Positions 9,475 to 19,567 are shown, counted from the first letter of the stretch. The stretch is 64,000 bases of DNA from Candidatus Woykebacteria bacterium (GCA_040876265.1 JBBDPN010000001.1:246208-310207), one strand, 5' to 3'. Numbers and translations are program-made. Notes: generated from the sequence alone by a model not told the origin.

Positions 9475-9551
9475 TGGCGCGCCCGGGAGGACTCGAACCC
9501 CCAACCTTGTGGTCCGAAGCCACACGCTCTATCCGATTGAGCTACAGGCGC
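9475..9551 (-). tRNA. tRNA-Arg(TCG)
   Basis: Anticodon loop CTTCGGA, CCA. Confidence 0.93.
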
Positions 9552-9554
9552 ATC

Positions 9555-9630
9555 TGGAGCGCGAGAAGGGATTCGAACCCTCAACCTTCTCCTTGGAAGG
9601 GAGACGCTCTAGCCATTGAGCTACTCGCGC
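9555..9630 (-). tRNA. tRNA-Gly(TCC)
   Basis: Anticodon loop CTTCCAA, UCCA end. Confidence 0.95.
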
Positions 9631-9725
9631 GCAAGGAGTAAATTATAACAAATTATGGACTGCCCTTCAATAAAAATTATTAGGCAACTAGCAGTCCATT
9701 GACAAAACTGCTAAAATAAACGCGT

Positions 9726-12107
9726 ATGGAAAAAAGAGAACCTAAACAAAAGCTTCCGCTGATCCCCGTAAAAAATGTGGTTATTCTCCCAGGTGCAAAC
9801 GTTCCGATCTCGCTAAAAAGGGAGAAATCTGTACGTGCTTTAGAAGACTCGTTATCCAAGAACAAAACTCTTTTTATGGTGATGCAAAAATCCCAAGATG
9901 TGGAAAACCCGACCACAACTGACCTATTTGACGTCGGAACTATATCCAAAGTGACTTCTGTACAAAGGCTTCCCGATGGAGTAATAAATATTTCGGTTGA
10001 TGGTCAAACCAAAGCAAAGGTACTGCAACACACAAAAATAACACCTTATTTTGAGGCTGAAATAACAGAGATAGCCGAAACGACTTACTCACAAGAAGAA
10101 CTCGAAACAATGGTACGACCAGTCATCGAGCAGTTTCGCCAAATCATTTCTCTTGGTAAAGCCGTACCCTTGGACCTCATACCCACTATTTTTGATGTTT
10201 CCAAACCCACTCAAACCATAGATATGATAATTTACAATTTGGATCTTAAATCCATTGAAAAGCAGGCTCTTCTTGAAGCTCCAAACTTTAAATCTAGAGT
10301 AAAGATACTCTCAGAGTACCTTTCGAAAGAAATTTCAATAAATAGAACCGCTCGGAGAATACAGGACCAAACAGCCGAGGAGCTTGGTAAAAGCGCAAAA
10401 GAAGCCTTTCTAAGAGAACAGTTGAAGACGATTGAAAAGGAGTTGGGGGTTAAGGAGGAAAGAGAAGAATTTGCGGGTTTGGAAAAGAAAATTAAAACCG
10501 CCGGTATGCCTGAAGAGGTTGAAGCAAAAGCATTTAAGGAACTAGATAGGCTCAGAAAAATGCCCCAATTCTCACCTGAAACCTCCTATATTCGGGCGTA
10601 TTTAGATTGGCTCGTGGAAGTGCCTTGGACCAAAAAAAGCGAAAGTAAGATTGACGTAAAAGAAGCTGAGAAGATACTAAATAAGGATCACTACGGTCTG
10701 AAGAAAGTTAAGGAAAGAATACTAGAATATCTAGCTGTTCACAAACTCACCGGTAAGATAAAGGGCCCTATACTGTGTTTTGCTGGCCCGCCTGGAACGG
10801 GTAAAACTTCAGTGGGACGCTCTATCGCCCATTCCTTGGGCAGAAAATTTGTAAAAGTTTCTTTAGGAGGTATACGTGACGAGGCTGAAATACGTGGCCA
10901 CAGAAGGACGTATGTTGGTGCCCTTCCCGGAAGAATAGTCCAAGCGATGAAAGAAGCGGGGACAAAAAACCCTGTGTTTATGCTCGATGAGATCGACAAA
11001 GTCGGTTATGATTTTCGTGGCGACCCATCCTCAGCTCTACTGGAAGCTCTGGACCCTGAGCAAAACCACTCTTTTTCCGACCATTACCTAGAAGTGGCGT
11101 ACGATCTTTCTGACGTTATGTTTATAACTACCGCAAACGTGCTAGATACTATCCCAGCTCCTTTGCGAGATAGGATGGAGATAACTGAATTCCCGGGCTA
11201 TACCGAGGAAGAGAAATTTCATATTGCAACCGGCTACTTATGGCCAAAACAACTCGAAACCCACGGCTTAGAAAAAACTAAACTGGCTATTAGTGACAAG
11301 GCCTTGAAAGAGGTTATTTCGAAATATACGCGAGAAGCTGGGGTGAGAAATTTGGAAAGAGAACTTGCGGCTGTGTGTCGTAAAGTAGCCAAAGAACTCG
11401 CCGAAGCAAAAATTAAAAAAACTGAAGTGACACACAAAAATATTAGAAAATACTTGGGCCCTGAGAAATTTGAGCCGTGGGCTGCGGAGAAAAAAGATGA
11501 GGTAGGTGTTACCACTGGCCTAGCTTGGACAGAAGCCGGAGGCTCGGTTCTTGGTGTCGAGGTCACTGCTATGCCTGGTAAAGGTTCATTGATATTAACC
11601 GGTCATCTTGGAGAGGTGATGAAAGAGAGTGCCCAAACTTCGTTATCTTATGCAAGGAGTCGGGCAAATTCGTTCGGTATAAAAGAGAATTTCCTTAAAA
11701 ACAAAGACGTTCACATTCATGTACCAGCTGGTGCGATACCAAAGGATGGTCCTAGCGCTGGTGTTACAATGGCTACAGCTTTAGTAAGCCTATTTACTCA
11801 AACTCCCGTCCGTCGTGACGTTGGAATGACTGGGGAAGTTACCCTAAGGGGTAAGATACTTGAAATAGGTGGAGTAAAGGAAAAAATCTTGGCGGCTCAC
11901 CGTGCCGGACTAAAAGAAGTGATATTGCCTAGGAAAAACAAGAAGGATCTAGAGGATATACCAGCAAAAACTCGTCGGGAGTTAAAATTTTCCTTTGTAG
12001 AAAGTATGGATGAGGTGCTAAGGGCCTCACTAACCCGAGATCCGTTTAAATACGGCTCCACTAGACCGGCTGCTCCAATAAGCTCTCCCCCACTCCCAGC
12101 CGCATAA
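9726..12107 (+). CDS. lon: ATP-dependent protease La
   Basis: GPPGTGKTS Walker A, RGHRRTYVGA, PKDGPSAG catalytic Ser. Confidence 0.98.
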   Translation: MEKREPKQKLPLIPVKNVVILPGANVPISLKREKSVRALEDSLSKNKTLFMVMQKSQDVENPTTTDLFDVGTISKVTSVQRLPDGVINISVDGQTKAKVLQHTKITPYFEAEITEIAETTYSQEELETMVRPVIEQFRQIISLGKAVPLDLIPTIFDVSKPTQTIDMIIYNLDLKSIEKQALLEAPNFKSRVKILSEYLSKEISINRTARRIQDQTAEELGKSAKEAFLREQLKTIEKELGVKEEREEFAGLEKKIKTAGMPEEVEAKAFKELDRLRKMPQFSPETSYIRAYLDWLVEVPWTKKSESKIDVKEAEKILNKDHYGLKKVKERILEYLAVHKLTGKIKGPILCFAGPPGTGKTSVGRSIAHSLGRKFVKVSLGGIRDEAEIRGHRRTYVGALPGRIVQAMKEAGTKNPVFMLDEIDKVGYDFRGDPSSALLEALDPEQNHSFSDHYLEVAYDLSDVMFITTANVLDTIPAPLRDRMEITEFPGYTEEEKFHIATGYLWPKQLETHGLEKTKLAISDKALKEVISKYTREAGVRNLERELAAVCRKVAKELAEAKIKKTEVTHKNIRKYLGPEKFEPWAAEKKDEVGVTTGLAWTEAGGSVLGVEVTAMPGKGSLILTGHLGEVMKESAQTSLSYARSRANSFGIKENFLKNKDVHIHVPAGAIPKDGPSAGVTMATALVSLFTQTPVRRDVGMTGEVTLRGKILEIGGVKEKILAAHRAGLKEVILPRKNKKDLEDIPAKTRRELKFSFVESMDEVLRASLTRDPFKYGSTRPAAPISSPPLPAA

Positions 12108-12135
12108 AATTACCCGCTTCTGTTACAATTTTAAT

Positions 12136-13101
12136 ATGCAAGAGGAGCTAGGACCAACTGGTGAAGATATAGAACAATACCTACCCCAGAACGAAGTTAT
12201 TTCATCCCCTGAGCTTGCAGACAATAAGTTAGCTGGGATGTGGTCTGGTCAAATTGATATTGAGAGGTTAAAAAGCCAATTTAAATCGCGGGCGGAGAAA
12301 CAAATAATAGAAACCGCTCAAGAGGACCCATTTTTAGGTTCAGTCACTTCTCCCACTGGAAATGTCGAGGTAGAACCATTCGATCGAATAATCTTAGCCA
12401 CATCTTCTCCGATTAAACAGACAATAGCTGCCGAAGTCGCGGAGGAAACTGGTGTTAATATTCAACCTACTCTACAGACCGAGATAACTACTGAAAATAA
12501 GTTAAAGGAGTTCCTCGTTGGAGCACAAACCGGTCCAGAAATAAAGGCTATTGATATCGCTGAGTTAAAACCCCCTGAACTTCCGGATCAAAAGGCACCA
12601 GTACTTTCTATGGATACTATTGTTATTAGTTCCTATAATCGGGTCTTAGAAAAACCAGAGGACCAGGAACAAGCTGCGGATATGCTCAGATCTATGTCGG
12701 GTCAAAACATCCGAATAGTTACTGCTCTTGTTATGCAATATAATTTGCCTTCTGGGAAACGATTGACTTTACGTGAGGGTGTAGAAATAGGACTAAAACT
12801 TCGCCGCTTGCCAGACGAAGAAATTAAAGAATATTGTGAGACACAGAAAGATAGAATGCTGAAAATTGCGGGTGCAATAGATTTTGCTAGTAATGAAGGA
12901 AGGAATTTAATTGATGATACAGAAGAGATAGTGGTTAAATCAGTCCAATTACCTGGTATCTCTGGTATTACCCCTCAGAATCTGCGATTATCTGTCTCCG
13001 CAATCCAGGCTTTGGATACATATTTTCGCGGTGCTCCAAAACACCCAATTAGGTTTTTGATTGAAGAATTAAAACAGATATCTGAAGGTTTTAACTGGTG
13101 A
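12136..13101 (+). CDS. Maf-family nucleoside triphosphate pyrophosphatase-like protein with N-terminal extension
   Basis: ILATSSP, DTIV, LEKPED..A..ML..MSG, KIAGA. Confidence 0.7.
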   Translation: MQEELGPTGEDIEQYLPQNEVISSPELADNKLAGMWSGQIDIERLKSQFKSRAEKQIIETAQEDPFLGSVTSPTGNVEVEPFDRIILATSSPIKQTIAAEVAEETGVNIQPTLQTEITTENKLKEFLVGAQTGPEIKAIDIAELKPPELPDQKAPVLSMDTIVISSYNRVLEKPEDQEQAADMLRSMSGQNIRIVTALVMQYNLPSGKRLTLREGVEIGLKLRRLPDEEIKEYCETQKDRMLKIAGAIDFASNEGRNLIDDTEEIVVKSVQLPGISGITPQNLRLSVSAIQALDTYFRGAPKHPIRFLIEELKQISEGFNW

Positions 13102-13170
13102 GCCCGGAGAGATTCGAACTCTCAACCCACTGCTTAAGAGGCAGTTGCTCTGCCATTGAGCTACGGGCCC
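13096..13170 (-). tRNA. tRNA-Lys(CTT)
   Basis: Anticodon loop CTCTTAA, CCA. Confidence 0.95.
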
Positions 13171-13196
13171 GTACTTGTGCGCAGTTAGCCGAATTA

Positions 13197-13273
13197 TGGC
13201 GCGCTTGGTGAGACTCGAACTCACAACCTGCTCCTTAGAAGGGAGCTGCTCTATCCGATTGAGCTACAAGCGC
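13197..13273 (-). tRNA. tRNA-Arg(TCT)
   Basis: Anticodon loop CTTCTAA, CCA. Confidence 0.95.
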
Positions 13274-13311
13274 TCGCAAAACTCTCAACTTCCCACGTAA
13301 CTTAGCCTTCG

Positions 13312-13411
13312 GCTGCTCTATAGATCGCTCCATACTTCGAAACCTCCTAGTTTCTCAGTATTCTTGCGCTCTGCGTCCACTAAAGTGGTCTACCGATCGA
13401 GTTACAAGCGC
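13312..13411 (-). pseudogene. Duplicated 5' fragment of tRNA-Arg(TCT) interrupted by a hairpin insertion
   Basis: GCGCTTGTAACTCGATCGG + ~70-nt insert + ATAGAGCAGC versus intact GCGCTTGTAGCTCAATCGGATAGAGCAGC. Confidence 0.7.
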
Positions 13412-13448
13412 CTAGGAGCCTTAAATTATACCAAAGTGAGGTAAAATT

Positions 13449-13706
13449 TTAAATCTTTTGCTGCTTTGATTCTTCAATTATAAGTTTGAACAGCTTTGTT
13501 ATAAATTTGGTACCCAACCCAAGTTGTTTGGCTTCTACCGCAATATAATTAAAAATCTCTTTCTCCCTCTCTAGATCTTCCAAAGGTAAATTCTTTATTC
13601 GCTTCCATTTTCTAACCTTGGCAGCAGTATTAAATCGCCTCCTCAGGATCTTTATTAACTGCCCATCTATCCTATCTATCTCATTTCGCAAAGAATCGAT
13701 ACCCAT
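13449..13706 (-). CDS. Chorismate mutase, AroQ type
   Basis: LRNEIDRID..L..RR, D.EREKEI, IIEESK.QQ. Confidence 0.85.
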   Translation of the reverse strand: MGIDSLRNEIDRIDGQLIKILRRRFNTAAKVRKWKRIKNLPLEDLEREKEIFNYIAVEAKQLGLGTKFITKLFKLIIEESKQQKI

Positions 13707-15288
13707 GTTCTATCTCCCAATTTCTATAGGAATTAAACCTATCAGACGTGAAAGCGAAATTTGTTAAATCAATGCCACTTACCTTATCTGATACCGACCA
13801 TATATACTGCGGATAGTAAAGAAATATTGCTGGAGCCTCATCTAAAAGTAGAGTCGTAAACAATTTATACTCCTCTTTTCTTTTTTCTTGAGAAGAACTC
13901 TTGCGCGCTTCTTCAAGAAGTTTATCTAGCTGCGGACTGGCGATCGCAGTGATATTTGCTTTTTGTTGTTGGGTTGTGTGCCAAAGTACGTATTGATCTG
14001 GATCCAGAGGGACTTTCTGGAAGTTAATTAGCACTTCGAAATTTCTATCGGGTATTGTGTTATCCCTTAGAGTATCTATTTCGGTAATTTTGACCGATAC
14101 TTTTATCCCTAGTCTGCCCCAAAATTCTTTCAGCAGATTTGCTATTGAATTTAGCTCAGGATCGTCAGCAGTAACTATAGTTAATACCAAAGGCCCTTCT
14201 TTATTTTCCCAAGTTTCTTCCCCCTTGCTATAACCAGCTGCTTCCAAAGCGCGGCGAGCTTTATTGAGGTTATAGGTGTATCTTTCTTTAGAAACTCCCA
14301 CCCAACTCCCAAGGGCCAGATGATTTGATGCTAATTTCGCTGTCGCGCCACCAACCAATTCCCGTACAGTTTTTTTATCAACCGCAAAGCTAAGGGCCTG
14401 ACGTACATTTTTATCCCTTAGGGCTCGATGTTTGGTGTTAAAAAACACCACAACTTGTCTAAAAGGAAGTACGTGGCTATAAAAATTTTTACCGCCAAAT
14501 TTTTTAATCATTTCTATCTCCTGTGGAGATAAACCACCCAAAGCATGGATCTCACCCAATTTTAAGGCTGTTCTTGCTTCCTCAAACGAAGGGTAAAATC
14601 TAAATTTTAAGTTCATTTTCGGGTTCGTCAAAATTATTTCTCGATCGCCAATCTTGACTACTCTAAAGTCACCAGTACCAATTGGCTTATACCCACTTAG
14701 GGGTATATGCTCGGGGATTATTCCAACAGCAGTCGAGTAGGGAAACGGTGTAAAAGCTTCGTTAAGTCCGAACCTTACTGTGTATTGGTCTATCTTCTCA
14801 ATTTCCACATCCCTAAAATTCTCAACTAATATACTGTCGTAGTCGGGGTTTTGGGCCAGCTTTACCGTATAGACCACGTCGTCAGCAGTAAATTTCTCCC
14901 CGTCATGCCAATAAACATCCTCACGTAGATAAAAAATAAATTCAGTTTCGCTTTTCTTCTCGTAACTTTCAGCTAAGTCTGGTAGCAAATTTCCGTCTGC
15001 TCCTATTCTTGTTAAACCACGAAAGATCAAACTACTTATGTCTCTTTGGGTTTCTGTTGAATCGAACAACGGGTTCGGATGAGCTGGGTTCCCAACCACA
15101 CCTTCGATGAAGGTGGCCTTACCAGTTTCCCGATAGACTGATAAAACACTCGGTGCTAAGGACGGTATTAGAATTTTTACGGCAAAGATTACAAGTAAAA
15201 GTGCTATAAACGAAAATGTGGCGTACTTTCGGTTTCTGTTTAAAAATACTGAGCCCAGTACCAAATAGAACCTAATTTTTTTAAACAT
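13681..15288 (-). CDS. ABC-type peptide/nickel substrate-binding protein (family 5)
   Basis: LREDVYWHDGEKFTADDVVYT, PIGTG.F, VRQALS.A.D. Confidence 0.9.
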   Translation of the reverse strand: MFKKIRFYLVLGSVFLNRNRKYATFSFIALLLVIFAVKILIPSLAPSVLSVYRETGKATFIEGVVGNPAHPNPLFDSTETQRDISSLIFRGLTRIGADGNLLPDLAESYEKKSETEFIFYLREDVYWHDGEKFTADDVVYTVKLAQNPDYDSILVENFRDVEIEKIDQYTVRFGLNEAFTPFPYSTAVGIIPEHIPLSGYKPIGTGDFRVVKIGDREIILTNPKMNLKFRFYPSFEEARTALKLGEIHALGGLSPQEIEMIKKFGGKNFYSHVLPFRQVVVFFNTKHRALRDKNVRQALSFAVDKKTVRELVGGATAKLASNHLALGSWVGVSKERYTYNLNKARRALEAAGYSKGEETWENKEGPLVLTIVTADDPELNSIANLLKEFWGRLGIKVSVKITEIDTLRDNTIPDRNFEVLINFQKVPLDPDQYVLWHTTQQQKANITAIASPQLDKLLEEARKSSSQEKRKEEYKLFTTLLLDEAPAIFLYYPQYIWSVSDKVSGIDLTNFAFTSDRFNSYRNWEIEHGYRFFAK

Positions 15289-15299
15289 AAGTAGTAGAC

Positions 15300-15518
15300 C
15301 TACTTAATAAAGATCAAGGAAAAGGAGACTAATGAGAAAAGGGCCGCCAGAAATATAGTCAGACGGTGGAAGATTTTTTCGACGCCGCGCCTGCTTCGGT
15401 AGACCTCACCGCCTCCTCCGAAAACTGCTCCAGCTCCGCCGCCGCGTTGTTGCGCTAAAACTAAAACAATTATGGAGACAGAAATTACTATCAAGAGGAC
15501 TAACATTGCCAATCTCAT
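15300..15518 (-). CDS. secG: Preprotein translocase subunit SecG
   Basis: LAQQRGGGAGAVFGGG..YRSRRGVEK...RLT. Confidence 0.93.
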   Translation of the reverse strand: MRLAMLVLLIVISVSIIVLVLAQQRGGGAGAVFGGGGEVYRSRRGVEKIFHRLTIFLAALFSLVSFSLIFIK

Positions 15519-15559
15519 CGGGGCAAAATTTTACCACAAGTGGATGATAATTGTAAACG

Positions 15560-15958
15560 TTAGGAGAAGATCCAGAAAAACGTAGATGACAAAAATCCAA
15601 GCAACACTGATGCCGCCGCTGCACTAAAAAACGCATTTAAGTCGGTGCCAGTGAGTTCAATACTAAAAACACTTAGCCCAGAAAAGCGATAACCGACTAT
15701 ATCAAATCCCGGCACAAAATAAGCTATTAAATACAAAATACCGACGTTTAAAATTAAGCTGAAAAATCCAAAAGTAAGAAAATTCAATGGTAGGGAAAGG
15801 ATAGAAAATATTGGTCTTACAAACAAGTAAATAACTGCAAATACCAGTGTAGCAACCAAAATCGTCTTTGGCTCCGCAAACTGAAAGCCAGGGTAGCTGT
15901 AGGCAAGTATTAGAAAGGAAAGGCTAGCGTAGAACGCATTACGAAACCTTTTTCTCAT
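15560..15958 (-). CDS. 4-TM phage-holin-like family (YvlD/DUF360) membrane protein
   Basis: VRPIFSILSLPLNFLTFGFFSLILN. Confidence 0.85.
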   Translation of the reverse strand: MRKRFRNAFYASLSFLILAYSYPGFQFAEPKTILVATLVFAVIYLFVRPIFSILSLPLNFLTFGFFSLILNVGILYLIAYFVPGFDIVGYRFSGLSVFSIELTGTDLNAFFSAAAASVLLGFLSSTFFWIFS

Positions 15959-17222
15959 TAGCTTTTAGATTATCAAAGCCGCTGACAACAGTCAAAAAAT
16001 CCCGGTTGCGAAGATTCCTGTGGTATGTTATAGCAAATCGATGAGACTCGTCTCTCATTCTCTGGACAAGTTTCAAAGCCGGATTACTACGATCCAGCCT
16101 CAAGGGATGAGGCTTACCTACTTGGTAAATTTCTTCTAACCTCTTTGCTAATGAAATTACCGGAATATCCAAATGGTTTTTCCCCAAGACTCCAATAGCA
16201 GAATTTAATTGGCCTTTGCCACCATCTATGACGATCAAATCCGGTCTCTGCCAATCGTTTTTAAACCGCCTCGTCAAAACCTCTGCGATCATTGCCGTAT
16301 CATTTATACCCTTCACTGACTTTATTCTGAACCTTCTGTAACTATTATGATCGGCGATTGCCTGGGAAAAAACAACCATGGACCCAGTTGCCTCTTTTCC
16401 ACGAATATTTGAAATATCGTAACACTCAATTCTCTCAGGGTCCTCCGAAAGATTTAAAACAGCAGCCAACTCTTTCAGCTCTCGTTCTCTGGTCTCCTGT
16501 AACCCTAGCCCCAAATCTTCTATATCTCGGTAAACTTTAGTCACATAGTTTAGGGAATCGAGTTGCTTTTGAATTTGTCCTGCCTTTTCAAACTCCAGGT
16601 TTCTTATAGCGCTTTGCACTTCTTGCATCAGACTTCTCGTTACCTTGCTAGTTTCTCCCCTTAGAAACATAACCAGCTTTCTGATATTCTTCCGATATTG
16701 CTCTGGTGTAGTAAGGCCAACACAAACACCTGGACAAAGACCCAAGTGATAGTAAAGACAAGGCCTTTTTTGATTGGGGCTACAGTTACCAAAGCGAAAT
16801 ATTTTTCGTAAAATCTTAATTGTCGTTCTGACCTTTGTTGCCGATGGGTAGGGCCCAAAATAAATCTTGGCGCCTTTTAAATCGCGTTTTCTAGCTGCTT
16901 TTACCTTTGCATATTGGTCGTCAGTAATTTTAATATAAAGGTAGTCTTTATCATCTTTTAGTTGGCTATTAAAGGCGGGTTTAAACTTCTTTATTAGGTT
17001 GGACTCAAGTATAAGGGCCTCTATATCAGAATCAACGCTTATAGTTTCAATCTTCTTTACCTTAGAAAGCATTGACATGTTTCTCGGATCTGTGTTGTTC
17101 TGCCTAAAATGGGATTTAACTCTGTTTTGGATGTTAATTGCTTTACCTATGTACACAGAATTTCCTTCTGCGTTTTTGAAAATGTAAACTCCAGAGTTTT
17201 TTGGTAGATCGGCTACTCTCAT
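15939..17222 (-). CDS. uvrC: Excinuclease ABC subunit C (lacks C-terminal HhH)
   Basis: GIY-YIG (GVYIF..YIGKA), RIECYDISN, IDGGKGQ, RDESHRFAI. Confidence 0.93.
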   Translation of the reverse strand: MRVADLPKNSGVYIFKNAEGNSVYIGKAINIQNRVKSHFRQNNTDPRNMSMLSKVKKIETISVDSDIEALILESNLIKKFKPAFNSQLKDDKDYLYIKITDDQYAKVKAARKRDLKGAKIYFGPYPSATKVRTTIKILRKIFRFGNCSPNQKRPCLYYHLGLCPGVCVGLTTPEQYRKNIRKLVMFLRGETSKVTRSLMQEVQSAIRNLEFEKAGQIQKQLDSLNYVTKVYRDIEDLGLGLQETRERELKELAAVLNLSEDPERIECYDISNIRGKEATGSMVVFSQAIADHNSYRRFRIKSVKGINDTAMIAEVLTRRFKNDWQRPDLIVIDGGKGQLNSAIGVLGKNHLDIPVISLAKRLEEIYQVGKPHPLRLDRSNPALKLVQRMRDESHRFAITYHRNLRNRDFLTVVSGFDNLKANEKKVS

Positions 17223-17247
17223 ACGTCTATTTTAACATGAGGGTAGG

Positions 17248-19134
17248 TTATTTTTTGCGGTTTTTTAATAGTTTTGGGGCCCAAAAACCACCTAGAAGTA
17301 ACATAACTAATATGAACAATAGGGCTTGCTGAAACCCGAAAGTGAAAAACGCCTTAACGAGTACTTCAGTATCAGCAGATTTATCCACTTTTGTTGCTCC
17401 ACCAGTTAGATTTAGTTTGACATTAACACGACCTTTTGTGGAGTTAAACAAATCACCGGCTCGAATCTTAAATTTAAAAATTCTTTCCTCAAACGGAAAA
17501 ATCAATGGTAGATTCACTTCTGCCCTACCAAGCAGATCTATTTTTTCTCCAGCCAAAGTCAAACTGCCGCCTGTAAAGGTAATGCCACTTTCATTTTTTA
17601 TAGTTACGGTAAGTTCGACTGGAAAACCGGCAAATGCTTGGTCAGCTTCAACTTTGAGTCCAACATCTGGTTTAAATTCCACTGCCTCTTTTACTGCAGT
17701 AACTTCAATATTTTCGGCTAAGGAGGCTAATTGACTCAGATTATCCAGGTTATCCCCTGAGTTGCTGTAAAAAAGAGCTACTCTATCAGAAAAATTTTCA
17801 CTTCTATAATCGGCGCCGGTAGTTCTTGACCAGGTAGGGTCAATGTTGATCCAAATTTTCTTGTCAGTATCGTATATTTGCGCCCAAACGATCATCTTAT
17901 CTGTATTCAATGGGTCACCAACAAAAACCGGGGTACTCTGGCTAGAAGACTCAATTGTAAATCCTAAAACCTCTCTTGATGGGATACCGGCTGCTTTTGT
18001 TAAAGCAGTAAATAAATCAACAAATCCCAGGTTTGTTGTTCGTCCACCAGCACGAAGAAGTTTTGCTGCGCCTTTTCTTTGCTCCTTACCTGAGTTGAAG
18101 GCCGCCGTATCGAATTTCAAATACTTGATGACAAATTCGTGGATTGCCTGTGCGTTTTTTAGTTCCTTGGCCTTTTGCTGAATCAATACATCCTGGGCTT
18201 GAACATATTTCCCGCCTTTTTTATATAGTTCGACTTCTGCTTCTGTGAGGGCGCCTGGAAAGGTGAACCTACCATCAGCTCCAATAACCTTCGCGATACC
18301 TTCAATCTCAACTTGTTGGAGAGTCCCAGATCGCACTACGTAATGAGCTGAAATATTATCCTCGTTATCAACGCTCATTTTCGTTGGCCGAGGATTTAAT
18401 GCCCTAAATAAAATTTGTTGCTTTTGGGACTCTGGAGGTATAAAAATGGTAAATTCCTTACTAAGTAAATTCTTATTTTCAAAAGGTACTTTTAGTTTAA
18501 ATTTTATTTCCTGCTTGTCACCAAAATTTACCAAAATATTCTTTCCAAAAGCGCCCGACTTGTTGTAAGAGATACGGGTCTGGTTTTTACCATAGCTTAT
18601 TTTTTCAGCTGTCGGCTCGATTGTAAATATTTTTCCAAAATCTTTTGGTGCAGTAATTGTAAGTTTGTACGATGTTACTTTCTCATCCGTAGCAATCTGG
18701 GGAACGGTTACATACCAGATTAATCCTTGTCTTTCAGCCAAATCTTCAATTGTGTATGAAAGGTTAAGAACTGCGGTCTTGTTTTTACCAATAACCTCAT
18801 TATTGATCTTGGCGACTATTAACGAAGAAGGTTCACTCTTGACCACTTTTATCGCCATATTTCCGAGCGAATCCTTTCCAGATACTCTCTTTATCTTGGT
18901 AGAGTTTATTCGCAAGCTGTATTCCGAAGCAAAACAATCGCTAACCAAATTTTTCAAACTTACTATTTGAGACACTTTGGCGTCACCCTTTTTATCGAAG
19001 GAAAAGGTGAGTTTGTACGAACTGGAAAAGATTTTAGAGGCGTCGTCACAGCTCGCACTGAGAACTGACTGAAGTGGCGCAAGTGTAAAAATGAATAAAG
19101 CTGAGGTTAGGAGTGCAAAAACCGCCTTCTTCAT
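17248..19134 (-). CDS. Secreted/membrane transglutaminase-like domain protein (catalytic Cys/His apparently replaced)
   Basis: Signal peptide, GFVDLFTALTKAAGIPSREVLG, VWAQIY...WINIDPTW, C-terminal TM. Confidence 0.75.
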   Translation of the reverse strand: MKKAVFALLTSALFIFTLAPLQSVLSASCDDASKIFSSSYKLTFSFDKKGDAKVSQIVSLKNLVSDCFASEYSLRINSTKIKRVSGKDSLGNMAIKVVKSEPSSLIVAKINNEVIGKNKTAVLNLSYTIEDLAERQGLIWYVTVPQIATDEKVTSYKLTITAPKDFGKIFTIEPTAEKISYGKNQTRISYNKSGAFGKNILVNFGDKQEIKFKLKVPFENKNLLSKEFTIFIPPESQKQQILFRALNPRPTKMSVDNEDNISAHYVVRSGTLQQVEIEGIAKVIGADGRFTFPGALTEAEVELYKKGGKYVQAQDVLIQQKAKELKNAQAIHEFVIKYLKFDTAAFNSGKEQRKGAAKLLRAGGRTTNLGFVDLFTALTKAAGIPSREVLGFTIESSSQSTPVFVGDPLNTDKMIVWAQIYDTDKKIWINIDPTWSRTTGADYRSENFSDRVALFYSNSGDNLDNLSQLASLAENIEVTAVKEAVEFKPDVGLKVEADQAFAGFPVELTVTIKNESGITFTGGSLTLAGEKIDLLGRAEVNLPLIFPFEERIFKFKIRAGDLFNSTKGRVNVKLNLTGGATKVDKSADTEVLVKAFFTFGFQQALLFILVMLLLGGFWAPKLLKNRKK

Positions 19135-19147
19135 AAATGTAGTAGTG

Positions 19148-19540
19148 TTAATTCTCTTTTGTCCAGGTTTTAACTTTCGCCGAAATATCTTCAGGGGTAA
19201 ACTGGGACTTTATAAGGTATTCGTTGGCACCTAAGGTAAGACCTTTTTCAATCAAATCCTCCTCATCAAAATTTGACAAGATAATGATCGGTGTCGATTC
19301 TGTCTTTGGATTTTTTCGCAATTTTTTAAGTACATCAAAACCGTCCATCTCCGGCATTTTTATGTCTAAAAAAATTAATTCAGGGCTTTCCTTAAACGCT
19401 TTATCCAACCCTAACTGTCCTCGATCAGCCACTAAAACCTCGTACCCATCCAACCCAAGTTTCAGCTTGTAAAGCTGAGCAACCTCCTGTTCGTCCTCAA
19501 TTAAGAGTACTTTTATTTTATCTTCTTTTCCCTCTGCCAT
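19148..19540 (-). CDS. Single-domain response regulator
   Basis: LIEDE, FLDIKMPEMDG, YLIK. Confidence 0.93.
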   Translation of the reverse strand: MAEGKEDKIKVLLIEDEQEVAQLYKLKLGLDGYEVLVADRGQLGLDKAFKESPELIFLDIKMPEMDGFDVLKKLRKNPKTESTPIIILSNFDEEDLIEKGLTLGANEYLIKSQFTPEDISAKVKTWTKEN

Positions 19541-19567
19541 AAGCGGAAGTTAGTCTATCACAAAAAT

